Under the pieces are notes generated by a model that saw nothing but the letters and a program-made list of their open reading frames with translations, made no database searches and was not told the origin of the DNA. Both the position numbers and the translations under genes were made by a program. Below are positions 38,977 to 48,192 of a stretch of 64,000 bases of DNA, one piece after another; position 1 is the stretch's first letter; every line of letters starts with the position of its first letter. The stretch comes from an uncultured Clostridia bacterium. Lineage in GTDB: Bacteria > Bacillota > Clostridia > Christensenellales > Borkfalkiaceae. The stretch is taken from contig CAMUNT010000002.1 of NCBI GenBank assembly GCA_947090365.1, positions 3,750 through 67,749 on the forward strand, in the 5' to 3' direction.

Positions 38977-39993
38977 TTAATCTAAAAAAGTCCAGCCCTT
39001 AGGCACGAATATACTGTTAAACTTAAAAACCGCGTATCTGTCCGTCATCGAAGATATATAATCGCAAACTACCTGTTCGCGCGGAAATTTATCAAGCAGG
39101 GAAATATACGTTTGAGGCATCTCTTTGCAGTTTTCGATAAAATACGAGTACATTTCTGTAAGCATTCTTTCAGCCTTTTCTTCCTCGCTTTTGGCCGTAC
39201 TGCTGTAATAGACCCTTTTAAACATAAACGCGCGAAGCTTTTCGCTTGCCTCTTCAACGAACTTATCCATTTTAACGTCGTTTTTGCCGTTTGAATTATT
39301 GTAAATCGAAGTTATGGCGGTGTTAATGCGTTGCTTCGAAGTATTTCCAAGCACTTCGATAATTTCTTTGGGAATATCGTCGACAGAAAGAATTCCCGCG
39401 CGGACAGCGTCGTCCAGATCGTGGTTTATATAAGCAATTCTATCTGCAAGCGAAACACATTTACCTTCAAGCGTTACGGGCTTACCGCTCTTTTTGTGGT
39501 TTAAAATCCCGTCGCGCACCTCAAAAGTGAGGTTCAACCCCCTGCCATCTTTTTCTAAAACGTCCACAACGCGCAACGACTGAACGTTATGCTCGAACCC
39601 GGCAGGATTAAGTCTGTTTAATATCCGCTCTCCGCTGTGACCGAATGGCGTATGACCTAAATCGTGTCCCAGTGCGATAGCTTCGGCAAGATCCTCGTTA
39701 AGCGACAAGGCGCGCGCAATACTGCGCGAAATCTGAGCCACGTCCAGCGTGTGCGTAAGGCGGGTTATGTAATGGTCGCCTTGCGGTGAAAAGAAAACCT
39801 GCGTTTTGTTCTTTAATCTTCTGAACGACTTACAATAAATAAGCCTGTCCCTGTCGCGCTGAAAATCGGTGCGCATTGCGCACGGTTCCTCTTCACGCGC
39901 TCTTCCGCGCGTGTTCTCGGAAAGTACTGCATATGGCGACAAAAACGCCTTTTCAATCTGATAGGTCTTTTCTTTAAGTGAAAAATTTTTCAT
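38977..39993 (-). CDS. dGTP triphosphohydrolase-like HD-domain protein
   Basis: HTLDVAQ...HDLGHTPFGH HD motif. 338 aa. Classic position upstream of dnaG. Confidence 0.85.
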   Translation of the reverse strand: MKNFSLKEKTYQIEKAFLSPYAVLSENTRGRAREEEPCAMRTDFQRDRDRLIYCKSFRRLKNKTQVFFSPQGDHYITRLTHTLDVAQISRSIARALSLNEDLAEAIALGHDLGHTPFGHSGERILNRLNPAGFEHNVQSLRVVDVLEKDGRGLNLTFEVRDGILNHKKSGKPVTLEGKCVSLADRIAYINHDLDDAVRAGILSVDDIPKEIIEVLGNTSKQRINTAITSIYNNSNGKNDVKMDKFVEEASEKLRAFMFKRVYYSSTAKSEEEKAERMLTEMYSYFIENCKEMPQTYISLLDKFPREQVVCDYISSMTDRYAVFKFNSIFVPKGWTFLD

Positions 39994-40107
39994 TACCTTA
40001 TTATTATACGAAAAAAAATTATTTTTTCCTTTTTTTTATCGAATAAAGTAAAAAATACCGCTTACGAACAATCTGAAAGCGGTATCTTATTAAACTATGT
40101 TACATAT

Positions 40108-40833
40108 TTACTTTGCAAAGCCCCCACCGACGGAAAGAACTTCGCCTGTTACATAGTCGGCTTCTGACAGATATACGCACGCCTTTGCAACGTCCTCAGG
40201 ATAGCCGATGCGCCCTGCGGGAATTTGAGATATAAGCTGTTCCATTTCGGCCGCAGTTAAATCGGAATTCATCTGCGTGTCGATAACCCCGGGGGATACG
40301 CAGTTTACCCGCACCTTAGACGGTGCAAGCTCCTTTGCAAGCGCTTTTGTAAAAGCGATAAGCGCGCCTTTTGAAGCGGAATAGGCTACTTCACAGCTGG
40401 CACCCACTTCGCCCCAGATTGACGAAATATTAATTATACAACCGCCTCCGTTTCCTATCATTCTGTCGGCAACAGCTTTCGAACACAAGAACGCACCGCA
40501 GGTATTCACTGCAAATATCTTGTTCCAATCCGCAAGAGCTGTATCCTGAATTACACGGATTAACGAAATACCGGCATTGTTTACAAGCACGTCAAGCGTG
40601 TCGTAAATAGAAAAATATTCTTTAAACATCGCCCTTACCTGCGCTTCGTCCGAAACGTCGGCACGCATAAGCACCGGGCAGTAGCCAAGCATATTGAACT
40701 CTTCCTGCGTGGCAAGGGCGCTACGCTCATCGTTACAATAATTTATAACAACCTCGTAGCCATGCTTTAAAAATTCAAGAGCAATCGCCTTACCTATTCC
40801 TTTCGTTCCACCCGTAACCAGCACAGTTTTCAT
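40108..40833 (-). CDS. Short-chain dehydrogenase/reductase (FabG-like)
   Basis: TGGTKGIGKAIA, NNAG and YSASKGAL motifs. The start overlaps the aroK stop by 1 nt. Confidence 0.85.
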   Translation of the reverse strand: MKTVLVTGGTKGIGKAIALEFLKHGYEVVINYCNDERSALATQEEFNMLGYCPVLMRADVSDEAQVRAMFKEYFSIYDTLDVLVNNAGISLIRVIQDTALADWNKIFAVNTCGAFLCSKAVADRMIGNGGGCIINISSIWGEVGASCEVAYSASKGALIAFTKALAKELAPSKVRVNCVSPGVIDTQMNSDLTAAEMEQLISQIPAGRIGYPEDVAKACVYLSEADYVTGEVLSVGGGFAK

Positions 40834-41339
40834 TATTTTCTCCGCTTCATTTCGTCTGTTATTTTTTTTAGTACTTCCTCAGGCGTCAGACCGTCGGTAT
40901 CGATTATTAAGTCCGCAACTCTTTCGTAAATAGGCGTCCTTTCTTCGTATAGTTTGGTAAGCCGCTCTTTTCTGTCACCCGAAAGTAAAGGTCTCGAAGC
41001 GTCGCCTTCCAATCTTTTTAAAAGAGTTTCTAATCCCGTTCTCAGATATACGACGTCGCCGTTTTCTTTAAAAAGCCGCACGTTCTCTTCGCGCAACACG
41101 GCGCCACCTCCGGTTGAAACGAAAGCGTCGTCTCCGTAGTTGCAAATTTCGCGTATCACCTCGGTTTCCAGTTCGCGGAAATATTCTTCGCCGTAGTCGG
41201 AAAATATTGTGCTTATATCGCCGTGGCGACTTGTAATGAATGCGTCGGTATCGTAAATCTGCTCGTGACAAAGACTTTCATACAGCTCGATTACCGTCGT
41301 TTTGCCACATCCCGGCATACCGATTAAAAACGTTTTCAT
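40833..41339 (-). CDS. aroK: Shikimate kinase
   Basis: GMPGCGKTT Walker A. 168 aa. Confidence 0.9.
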   Translation of the reverse strand: MKTFLIGMPGCGKTTVIELYESLCHEQIYDTDAFITSRHGDISTIFSDYGEEYFRELETEVIREICNYGDDAFVSTGGGAVLREENVRLFKENGDVVYLRTGLETLLKRLEGDASRPLLSGDRKERLTKLYEERTPIYERVADLIIDTDGLTPEEVLKKITDEMKRRK

Positions 41340-41749
41340 AGCTTAAAGCTTTCGCCTGCCAGAATATAGCTGTTTTTACCGAATCCGCATATAACGCCCT
41401 TACATACTTCCGACAAAACCGATTTATGCCTGAATTCTTCCCTTGCGTGTATGTTCGACATATGAACTTCCACTACAGGAATTTTAATTGACGCGATTGC
41501 ATCGCGGATTGCATAACTGTAATGGGTGAACGCACCCGCATTCAAAATAATGCCGTCGAAATCTTCCGCACACTGAATTGCCGTACAGATATCACCCTCG
41601 TTATTGCTTTGATAAAATTCGCATTCGTCGCCGTAAAAATAATTTACGATTTCATAATTGATTTCATCAAGCGTCTGCGTTCCGTACACGTCCTGCTCGC
41701 GTTGACCGGTCATATTCAGATTTACGCCGTTTATAAATAAAAGCCTCAT
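41336..41749 (-). CDS. aroQ: Type II 3-dehydroquinate dehydratase
   Basis: INGVNLNMTGQRE...YG opener, HMSNIHAREEFR. Confidence 0.9.
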   Translation of the reverse strand: MRLLFINGVNLNMTGQREQDVYGTQTLDEINYEIVNYFYGDECEFYQSNNEGDICTAIQCAEDFDGIILNAGAFTHYSYAIRDAIASIKIPVVEVHMSNIHAREEFRHKSVLSEVCKGVICGFGKNSYILAGESFKL

Positions 41750-42546
41750 ATAAACTCCTCCCCAAACTTATTAAACAATCGTTTTGCCTCCGCTTCGTCG
41801 GCAGGTTTTTCAAAAAATATGCACTGCGCATAATACGCTTGATAAAACAGCATTGCTTCCCCGTTTATTATCCGTTTACCGCAATTTTCCGCAATGCGCA
41901 GAAACTCGCTTTTTTTAGGCGTATAAATCAAATCAACCGCAACCTCGCATTGATTTATTATTTCTTCACTTACGGGGGAAACTCCCTCCGTAGAGTGCAT
42001 ACCGATACCTGTTGCGTTAATTATAACATAATATGCCTTGCTGTCAATGCCCGTAATAGCCTTTACGCCGGAAAATTCTTCTTCAAGGCTTTTAGCCATT
42101 TCGGTCTTCGTATCGTATACGTAAACGCTTGCACCGCTGTCCGTAAGCTTTTTGGCAACGCTTCTGCCTGCTCCGCCGGCGCCAAGCAAAAGTACGGTCT
42201 TGCCGTTAACATCAACGCCGTTGTTTTTAAGCATAAGCATAAAACCTAAACCGTCGGTATTGTGCCCCGACATATCGCAAATTCTTACCGTATTGACCGC
42301 ACCGAACAGTTTTGCATCGCCCTTGATCTTTTCAAGATACGGCATTATACTAAGCTTGTACGGTATCGTAACGTTGAAACCGTCGTATTCTTTAAACAGC
42401 TTTCCCGCGGTTGCATCAAATTCGCACTCGGGAATCGAAATCTTGCAATATTCAAGATTACTGCCGGTATTCTTTGCAATGAACGCGTGAATTTCCGGAC
42501 TTAAAGACTTTGAAACATCCTTGCCTATAACCGCTAATTTTTTCAT
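41746..42546 (-). CDS. aroE: Shikimate dehydrogenase
   Basis: VIGKDVSKSLSPEIH and GAGGAGRSV motifs. The ATG at 42546 forms an ATGA overlap with the aroB stop, so the ORF-track start at 42567 is rejected. Confidence 0.88.
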   Translation of the reverse strand: MKKLAVIGKDVSKSLSPEIHAFIAKNTGSNLEYCKISIPECEFDATAGKLFKEYDGFNVTIPYKLSIMPYLEKIKGDAKLFGAVNTVRICDMSGHNTDGLGFMLMLKNNGVDVNGKTVLLLGAGGAGRSVAKKLTDSGASVYVYDTKTEMAKSLEEEFSGVKAITGIDSKAYYVIINATGIGMHSTEGVSPVSEEIINQCEVAVDLIYTPKKSEFLRIAENCGKRIINGEAMLFYQAYYAQCIFFEKPADEAEAKRLFNKFGEEFI

Positions 42547-43574
42547 TTGGCTTCCTTTAAAAAACACACGTATTCGTTGTAATCAAGAATAATTTCCGTA
42601 CTTTCCCCCTCTTTTTTGGGTACTATAAGTGAAATACTTTCATCGGTATTTTTTTTGTCCATTACGGCAACCCTTGCCGATTTTTCAATATCGGTATATT
42701 CGGGAATTTTTACGACTTTTTTAATAAGACGTCTTAAATTTTCGTAATATTTTCCGCCACCGATGTTCAGCTTTTCCGCTATAGACATCTCGTAATACGT
42801 GCCTATCAGCACATATTCGCCATGTGATTTTCTTCGGTAATACAGCTCTAACGCGTGCCCTGTAGTGTGCCCCAGGTTGAGTGTCTTTCTCGTTCCGTTC
42901 AAATCGCGTTCGTCGGCTAAAACCACACGCGCTTTATGGCGTATACACTCGGGAACTATCGAACCGAGAAAATTAAGATCGAAAAGGTTCTCCTCATTTT
43001 TTAACAGCGTGTCAAATATATTTTTATCAAGTGCGCCGTACTTTATAATTTCACCCAGCCCGCACCTTATTTCGCGCGCTGGCAAAGTCTTTAAAAATAG
43101 CGGGTCGACTATAACTTCCCGAGGTTGATAAAACGTACCGATAAGATTTTTTATATTTTTAAAGTCGACAGCCGTTTTCCCGCCGACGGAGCTGTCAACC
43201 TGCGCAAGCAAAGTAGTAGGAATCTGCACAAGCTTCACTCCGCGCATATAAAGCGACGAGGCGAGCCCCGCTATATCGCCTATCACTCCACCGCCGAACG
43301 CAATAACGGTACAGTTGCGCTTTATCCCCTCATCCGCCATTGCATTCAAAATTCCCGTAAGCTTTGCAAGGCTTTTACTCTTCTCTCCTGCGGGAATTAT
43401 TTTGACGGGCACACATGGAAAATACTCTTCGATTAAATTGGAATACAATTTATATACAATTGTATCCGTAACGATAAATTTACGCCCTTCAATTTGCGGG
43501 GCATACTTTACAAAAGCCCCCTCACCGCAATGTATTATGCTTGAACTTTCCGCATTTAATAATATATCGGTCAT
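42543..43574 (-). CDS. aroB: 3-dehydroquinate synthase
   Basis: GGGVIGDIAG, TLLAQVDSSVGGKT, HTTGHALE. Confidence 0.93.
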   Translation of the reverse strand: MTDILLNAESSSIIHCGEGAFVKYAPQIEGRKFIVTDTIVYKLYSNLIEEYFPCVPVKIIPAGEKSKSLAKLTGILNAMADEGIKRNCTVIAFGGGVIGDIAGLASSLYMRGVKLVQIPTTLLAQVDSSVGGKTAVDFKNIKNLIGTFYQPREVIVDPLFLKTLPAREIRCGLGEIIKYGALDKNIFDTLLKNEENLFDLNFLGSIVPECIRHKARVVLADERDLNGTRKTLNLGHTTGHALELYYRRKSHGEYVLIGTYYEMSIAEKLNIGGGKYYENLRRLIKKVVKIPEYTDIEKSARVAVMDKKNTDESISLIVPKKEGESTEIILDYNEYVCFLKEAK

Positions 43575-44695
43575 TTCAATTCCCTGTATCTTTTGATTAC
43601 TTCGTCCATGCTGTCACCGCCCAAACGGTATGCCACCGCCTGAGCAAGAGCAAAAGCCGTTACGCTTTCCAGTACGATTTCACAGGCACAGATTGCACAG
43701 ACGTCACTGCGTTCGGGGGCAGAAACCGTCCCGCGCTTTGTAATATAGTCTACTGTTTTCAAGCCCTTCATAACGGTTGGAATAGGCTTCATAGAAACCC
43801 GCAGCACTATCTCTTCGCCGTTGGACATTCCGCCCTCGATACCTCCGGCATTGTTAGTTTTACGGTAGAATTCGCCGTTGAAGAAAATTTCATCGTGAAC
43901 CTTACTGCCGGGTAAATCGGCCGAACCGAAACCAGCACCGACCTCAACGCCCTTAATCGCCTGTACGCTCATAAGCGCAGAACACAGAAGCGCATCAAGC
44001 TTGGTTGAATACTGCATACAGCTACCGAACCCGCTTTTAAGCCCCTTAACGCGAATTTCTATAACCCCACCTGCCGTATCGCCGTCTGCTTTCAGACTAT
44101 CTATAAGTGCAATTGCCTTACTCTCGACCTCTTTGTCAAGCATAAACAAGGGATTTTGCTTTGAAATTTCAAGCTGTTCGAAATTGTATTCGTGCGTATC
44201 TTTAATACCGCAAACACTTTTTGCGTATCCCGAAATTTCCACCCCAAGCTTTTTAAGATACTGTCTTGCAACCGTTCCCGCTATTACCCGAACGGCAGTT
44301 TCGCGCGCACTGGCGCGTTCCAAAATATTGCGCGCATCGGTCTGTCCGAACTTTTTAAGTCCCGTTAAATCGGCGTGCCCGGGGCGCACTGCGGTCAGTT
44401 GTTTCCGCATTTCGTCACAGCCCTCGGGCGCCATAATTTCCCGCCAGTTGGCGTAGTCGTTGTTATTGACAGAAAACGCCATAGGACTGCCCAAGGTTTT
44501 TCGGTTTCTGACACCGCTTAAAATCTCTACCTTGTCCTTTTCGATTTTCTGCCTGTCACCTCTGCCGTAACCGCCTTGCCGAAGCGCAAGGTATCTGTCG
44601 ATTTCTTCTATATTTAATTCAAGGTTTGCAGGCAAGCCTTCGATTATACCTAACAGCGCTTTGCCATGCGATTCCCCCGCAGTAGTAAGTTTCAT
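43571..44695 (-). CDS. aroC: Chorismate synthase
   Basis: TAGESHG, GGYGRGDRQKIE, RPGHADL, GGMSNGE. Confidence 0.95.
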   Translation of the reverse strand: MKLTTAGESHGKALLGIIEGLPANLELNIEEIDRYLALRQGGYGRGDRQKIEKDKVEILSGVRNRKTLGSPMAFSVNNNDYANWREIMAPEGCDEMRKQLTAVRPGHADLTGLKKFGQTDARNILERASARETAVRVIAGTVARQYLKKLGVEISGYAKSVCGIKDTHEYNFEQLEISKQNPLFMLDKEVESKAIALIDSLKADGDTAGGVIEIRVKGLKSGFGSCMQYSTKLDALLCSALMSVQAIKGVEVGAGFGSADLPGSKVHDEIFFNGEFYRKTNNAGGIEGGMSNGEEIVLRVSMKPIPTVMKGLKTVDYITKRGTVSAPERSDVCAICACEIVLESVTAFALAQAVAYRLGGDSMDEVIKRYRELK

Positions 44696-44703
44696 AATTT
44701 ACC

Positions 44704-45720
44704 TCATTTGATTGTATAACCGGAAGCCGTTACTTCAATCGTAATATTCCCCATCTCGTCAGTCCTGTACAAGCTGTTGTCGCCGATACTGTTTATAACG
44801 TCGGACAATACCGGCACCGACGGACTTCCGCCACCGTTTTCCCCGACGGAAACCACAGCCATTTCAGGTCTTACCAAGTCATAAAATTCCGGACAAGCCG
44901 ATACTTCACTGCCATGATTTGCAAGCTGAACTACTTTACACTTTTCAAGGGGTATAAAATAATCCCCTGTATCAGTAGCCATTTCATATGATTGTACCAG
45001 AAAGCTCAGAATTTTCGTTTCGACGTCGCTTGTAAACAGAAACGCCGTATCCGCATATTCAAGCCAGATAACCGCAGAACTGTTATTTCTGTTTGACTTC
45101 GACGGGTTCGCATTCAACTGCGCGTATTCTCCGCCATCGTTTTCAATCACCGACGGAGAAATAAAAGTAAAAAAGTAATCGTTTTCAGTAAAGCCGGCAT
45201 TGTATTCGCTGAAAATTATTTCCGCATCGCTTATTTCCGTTTGAGTAACGAAATCCCGAAAACCGTCGGTTATATATTTATTTTTGCAGTACGGCATATA
45301 AACCTTATTTACTTTCTTATACTTTAAAACTTCCGTAAGCCCGCCACAATGCTCATTATTAACAGACGAACAAACAAGATAGTCAACAGTGTCTATTGCT
45401 CGCTTGTTTAACTGTTTTATGACTTTTGAATTGTTCGAATAGCTTCCGTCACCCGCATCGATTAACATATTTTTACCGTCCGGAAGTTCAACGATTATGC
45501 AGTCGCCGTAACTCACGTCGACGAAGGTCACGCGCATAATACCCTTATTTGCCCTGTCACCAGCGACGCAATAGCTTGCAAGATATTTTACCGGAATGAA
45601 AATATTCGTAATAATTAATGCGATAGTAAACAAAGTAACTATGCATGCCGATATTATTGCCCACAGCTTAGCTTTTGAAAGCTTTTTCTCTTTTTTCTTT
45701 TGTTTTTTTATCACAAACAA
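44704..45720 (-). CDS. Membrane-anchored metallo-beta-lactamase-fold protein related to the ComEC C-terminal domain. Histidine motif degenerate.
   Basis: VTFVDVSYGDCIIVELPDGKNMLIDAGD is ComEC-MBL-like, but the HxHxDH position reads SSVNNEH. N-terminal TM. Start (TTG 45720 or GTG 45714) uncertain. Confidence 0.6.
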   Translation of the reverse strand: MFVIKKQKKKEKKLSKAKLWAIISACIVTLFTIALIITNIFIPVKYLASYCVAGDRANKGIMRVTFVDVSYGDCIIVELPDGKNMLIDAGDGSYSNNSKVIKQLNKRAIDTVDYLVCSSVNNEHCGGLTEVLKYKKVNKVYMPYCKNKYITDGFRDFVTQTEISDAEIIFSEYNAGFTENDYFFTFISPSVIENDGGEYAQLNANPSKSNRNNSSAVIWLEYADTAFLFTSDVETKILSFLVQSYEMATDTGDYFIPLEKCKVVQLANHGSEVSACPEFYDLVRPEMAVVSVGENGGGSPSVPVLSDVINSIGDNSLYRTDEMGNITIEVTASGYTIK

Positions 45721-45757
45721 ATTTTACCATAACGCATAAAAAAATACAAGGTATTGC

Positions 45758-45786
45758 TTGACAAAGTTTAAAATATACTTTATAAT
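45758..45786 (+). promoter_or_regulatory. Consensus sigma-A promoter for tRNA-Leu
   Basis: TTGACA (45758-45763), 17 nt, TATAAT (45781-45786). Confidence 0.7.
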
Positions 45787-45798
45787 TTTTTTAGTTTT

Positions 45799-45881
45799 GC
45801 GGACGTGGCGAAATTGGCAGACGCGCAGGTTTCAGGTTCCTGTGGGCAACCATGGGGGTTCAAGTCCCTTCGTCCGCACCA
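45799..45881 (+). tRNA. tRNA-Leu (anticodon CAG), class II with long variable arm, CCA encoded
   Basis: Acceptor GCGGACG/CGTCCGC. Anticodon loop TTCAGGT, identical to the E. coli tRNA-Leu(CAG) loop. T-loop GGTTCAAGTCC. Confidence 0.9.
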
Positions 45882-45882
45882 T

Positions 45883-45916
45883 AATACAGGGGTAACCGGT
45901 AAGTTACCCCTGTATT
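45883..45916 (+). terminator. tRNA-Leu terminator
   Basis: AATACAGGGGTAAC-cggtaa-GTTACCCCTGTATT perfect 14-bp stem. Confidence 0.8.
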
Positions 45917-46029
45917 ATTTCTTTGGTCGGCGATAATGAACTTGCGGGAATACAACCCGTATTTATTCGGCGCTGATCTGCGGGCTCTACCGCATACTTG
46001 ACAGCAACCGGGGCAGACAATGTATAATG

Positions 46030-46713
46030 TCATAGATGTTCCTTTTTTAATTTAACCGACTGAAATAATGATTTTAAGGATATCAAAACAAGTAAAGTCC
46101 ATATTGCGAACGAACTTACAGCGCATAAAATAAACATATCTTTGTCCATACCTCCGCCGAATGTTATAATTAACGTATATTGTAAAGATAAAACTGAAAC
46201 GAGTGCATCAACAAAATTAACGGTGCGCAATATTGTTAGGCTTAAATGAAGCACATTCCTCGTTTTGATAATATTTCTTGTTGATATAACAATTTTGTAT
46301 GTCGTATATGCCGCAACTGTAATCGCGGGAATAGTTGAATAATTAACCGTTTTCTTTTGTAATACCATTAACGAAATCGGAGCAATTAAAGCAAAATCGA
46401 TTATAAATAGAAATATGCTTTGAATTAAAAATAACTTTGTACGTTTGTTTTCTTTTTGTTCGTCGGCTAATTTTTCTTTGTGAAATTTTCGTTCCGAAAA
46501 AATAACATACGCTCTTATGCTTAATAGTAATGCATAATATACGGCTATTCCGATATTCCATACTGCCTCATACGCAATACAGAGAAAAACATTATACGCC
46601 GTAAATAACACTGTAATAAAAAAAGAAAGAGCCGAAGAGATAAACGTACGAAAAACATAATCGTTTTTTATTCGTTTTAATAATTTAATTACGGCTCTTT
46701 CTTTGATTTTCAT
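46030..46713 (-). CDS. Hypothetical integral membrane protein (227 aa, ~6 TM)
   Basis: AT-rich ORF downstream of the 178-aa gene. No family recognised. Confidence 0.6.
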   Translation of the reverse strand: MKIKERAVIKLLKRIKNDYVFRTFISSALSFFITVLFTAYNVFLCIAYEAVWNIGIAVYYALLLSIRAYVIFSERKFHKEKLADEQKENKRTKLFLIQSIFLFIIDFALIAPISLMVLQKKTVNYSTIPAITVAAYTTYKIVISTRNIIKTRNVLHLSLTILRTVNFVDALVSVLSLQYTLIITFGGGMDKDMFILCAVSSFAIWTLLVLISLKSLFQSVKLKKEHL

Positions 46714-46728
46714 TTATAATTATCGCCT

Positions 46729-47265
46729 TTATATGATTTCCGCTTTCAATAAATCGTTGCCTTTTTCAAGCAGATTTGCTAATTTTTCTTCATTGTCATC
46801 TATAATAGGCAACAATGTTTTCGTCTTTTTTGCAACGAGTTTTTTATAAATAAGATAATTTATTCCGCAAAGCGCAATACCAAAAACTCCGAGTATGATA
46901 CCGCCTGCAAATGCGGGAATATTGTTTTGTATCAACATTGTAAGACACATTCCTCCGCCTAAAATAAGCGTGGCAATGCAACCGAATATATAGGCAAATA
47001 CGCTTGCGCCCGCTGTTTTTGTACGGTGTAATCCGTTGATTGTTTCAAACGTATCTTCCGCTTGCCGTTCGAGTTTTGTAAGTTCAAGCTTATGTTTTTG
47101 TTTTCTGTCGCGTTTAAGAGAGAGCGTTACCCCGTCTATTGCAGTAGGCGTTGTCGAAGTAACTTCCCAACCGAAAGCTTCATACATATCGATTGCTTTT
47201 GTTTGGTCTTTTGCTTTTACCGTTTTTGTTTTATACTCATATGAAATAAAGTCTTTTTCTTGCAT
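46729..47265 (-). CDS. Hypothetical membrane protein (178 aa): soluble N-domain, 2 TM, C-terminal helix
   Basis: SD GGAGG 9 nt before the ATG. Divergent from the TetR gene. Confidence 0.6.
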   Translation of the reverse strand: MQEKDFISYEYKTKTVKAKDQTKAIDMYEAFGWEVTSTTPTAIDGVTLSLKRDRKQKHKLELTKLERQAEDTFETINGLHRTKTAGASVFAYIFGCIATLILGGGMCLTMLIQNNIPAFAGGIILGVFGIALCGINYLIYKKLVAKKTKTLLPIIDDNEEKLANLLEKGNDLLKAEII

Positions 47266-47325
47266 TTTGATATGCCTCCGTATAATTTATTTATCCTCGT
47301 CAAAGTCTATCGCCGCGCGTTCCGA

Positions 47326-47354
47326 TTGACTTTTCCTTGAGACAAGTGTATTAT
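47326..47354 (+). promoter_or_regulatory. Promoter for the TetR-family gene
   Basis: TTGACT (47326-47331), 17 nt, TATTAT (47349-47354). Small inverted repeats lie downstream (AAGCGG..CCGCTT at 47362-47385; GACACT..AGTGTC at 47397-47417). Confidence 0.5.
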
Positions 47355-47425
47355 GTACTATAAGCGGAAATAAATCAACCGCTTGAAAGCGCAATAAGAC
47401 ACTATGAAAGAAAGTGTCGGCGCAA

Positions 47426-47971
47426 ATGAGACAAAAAGGAGTTTTTTGTATCGTGGAATACGCACCCGAAGAGTACACCAGACACTATATTGTGCAAGCA
47501 CTTTTTAAGTTGATGAGCGAATACCGCTATGACAAAATAAGTGTAACGGACATTGCGGAAAAAGCAGGTGTCGGCAGAGCGACTTTTTATCGCTACTTTA
47601 AGAGTAAAGAAGATGTGATACTTTTCTATTTTGAACACAATACAAAACAATTTGTTTTCGGGCAACATTATTTGCCACGTTGCAAAGAAGATTATGTAAA
47701 AGTAGTAACTAACGTTTTAACCCTTTTCAAAAAAAACAAAGAACCTTTCAAATTATTAAGAAAGGCACGTTTAGAGTATATTTATCTTGATTATCTGAAT
47801 AAAAATTTTATTGAAACTTTTGAAAACGAACATCCCAATAAAAATCAATATGCTCCGTATCTTTATGCGGGTATGCTATTCAATGTTTCTATGGCGTGGC
47901 TTGATAATGACTGTAAGCAAGAAATACCGACTATTGCCGAAATGATTGTAAGTTCAATCTATGTTAATTAA
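47426..47971 (+). CDS. TetR/AcrR-family transcriptional regulator
   Basis: HTH ISVTDIAEKAGVGRATFYRYFKSKEDV. Start ambiguous: ATG 47426, or GTG 47453 which lies 11 nt after AAAGGAG. Confidence 0.85.
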   Translation: MRQKGVFCIVEYAPEEYTRHYIVQALFKLMSEYRYDKISVTDIAEKAGVGRATFYRYFKSKEDVILFYFEHNTKQFVFGQHYLPRCKEDYVKVVTNVLTLFKKNKEPFKLLRKARLEYIYLDYLNKNFIETFENEHPNKNQYAPYLYAGMLFNVSMAWLDNDCKQEIPTIAEMIVSSIYVN

Positions 47972-48126
47972 TTGTTTTGTATTTGCTTGTGCTTACCGTC
48001 CGGGGACGGAATACACCGAAAGCTAAAAGTCTGTATAACTGTTTTGCTTAACAAATCAAAACGATTTAGGCGTTACAGCATCGAATAATGATGTTACGGT
48101 TGGATATGATTAGATTTCAATAATTA

Positions 48127-48159
48127 TAGAAGAGGAACTTCTTCACGAAGTTCCTCTTT
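48127..48159. terminator. Hairpin terminator downstream of rpiB
   Basis: AGAAGAGGAACTTC-ttcac-GAAGTTCCTCTTTT. Confidence 0.65.
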
Positions 48160-48192
48160 TAAATAAACCAAATTGCCGTTGATATTTTAAGC

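Noticed and set aside
39994-40031. Leaderless-type promoter for the dGTPase-dnaG-rpoD operon
   Set aside because: A TATAAT sits 9 nt upstream of the ATG, but the -35 region (AAGGAA) is poor and there is no extended -10. Too weak to claim.
41839-44456. Plus-strand ORFs of 80-151 aa across aroE, aroB and aroC
   Set aside because: Antisense shadows of the shikimate genes.
45921-45990. 21-codon plus-strand ORF (MNLREYNPYLFGADLRALPHT) after the tRNA-Leu terminator
   Set aside because: No SD or promoter, and it lies directly behind a strong terminator. Likely chance.
45799-48190. Integrative mobile element at tRNA-Leu
   Set aside because: No integrase or recombinase gene, and I could not find a direct repeat of the tRNA 3' end downstream. 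Reported only as a compositional islet.
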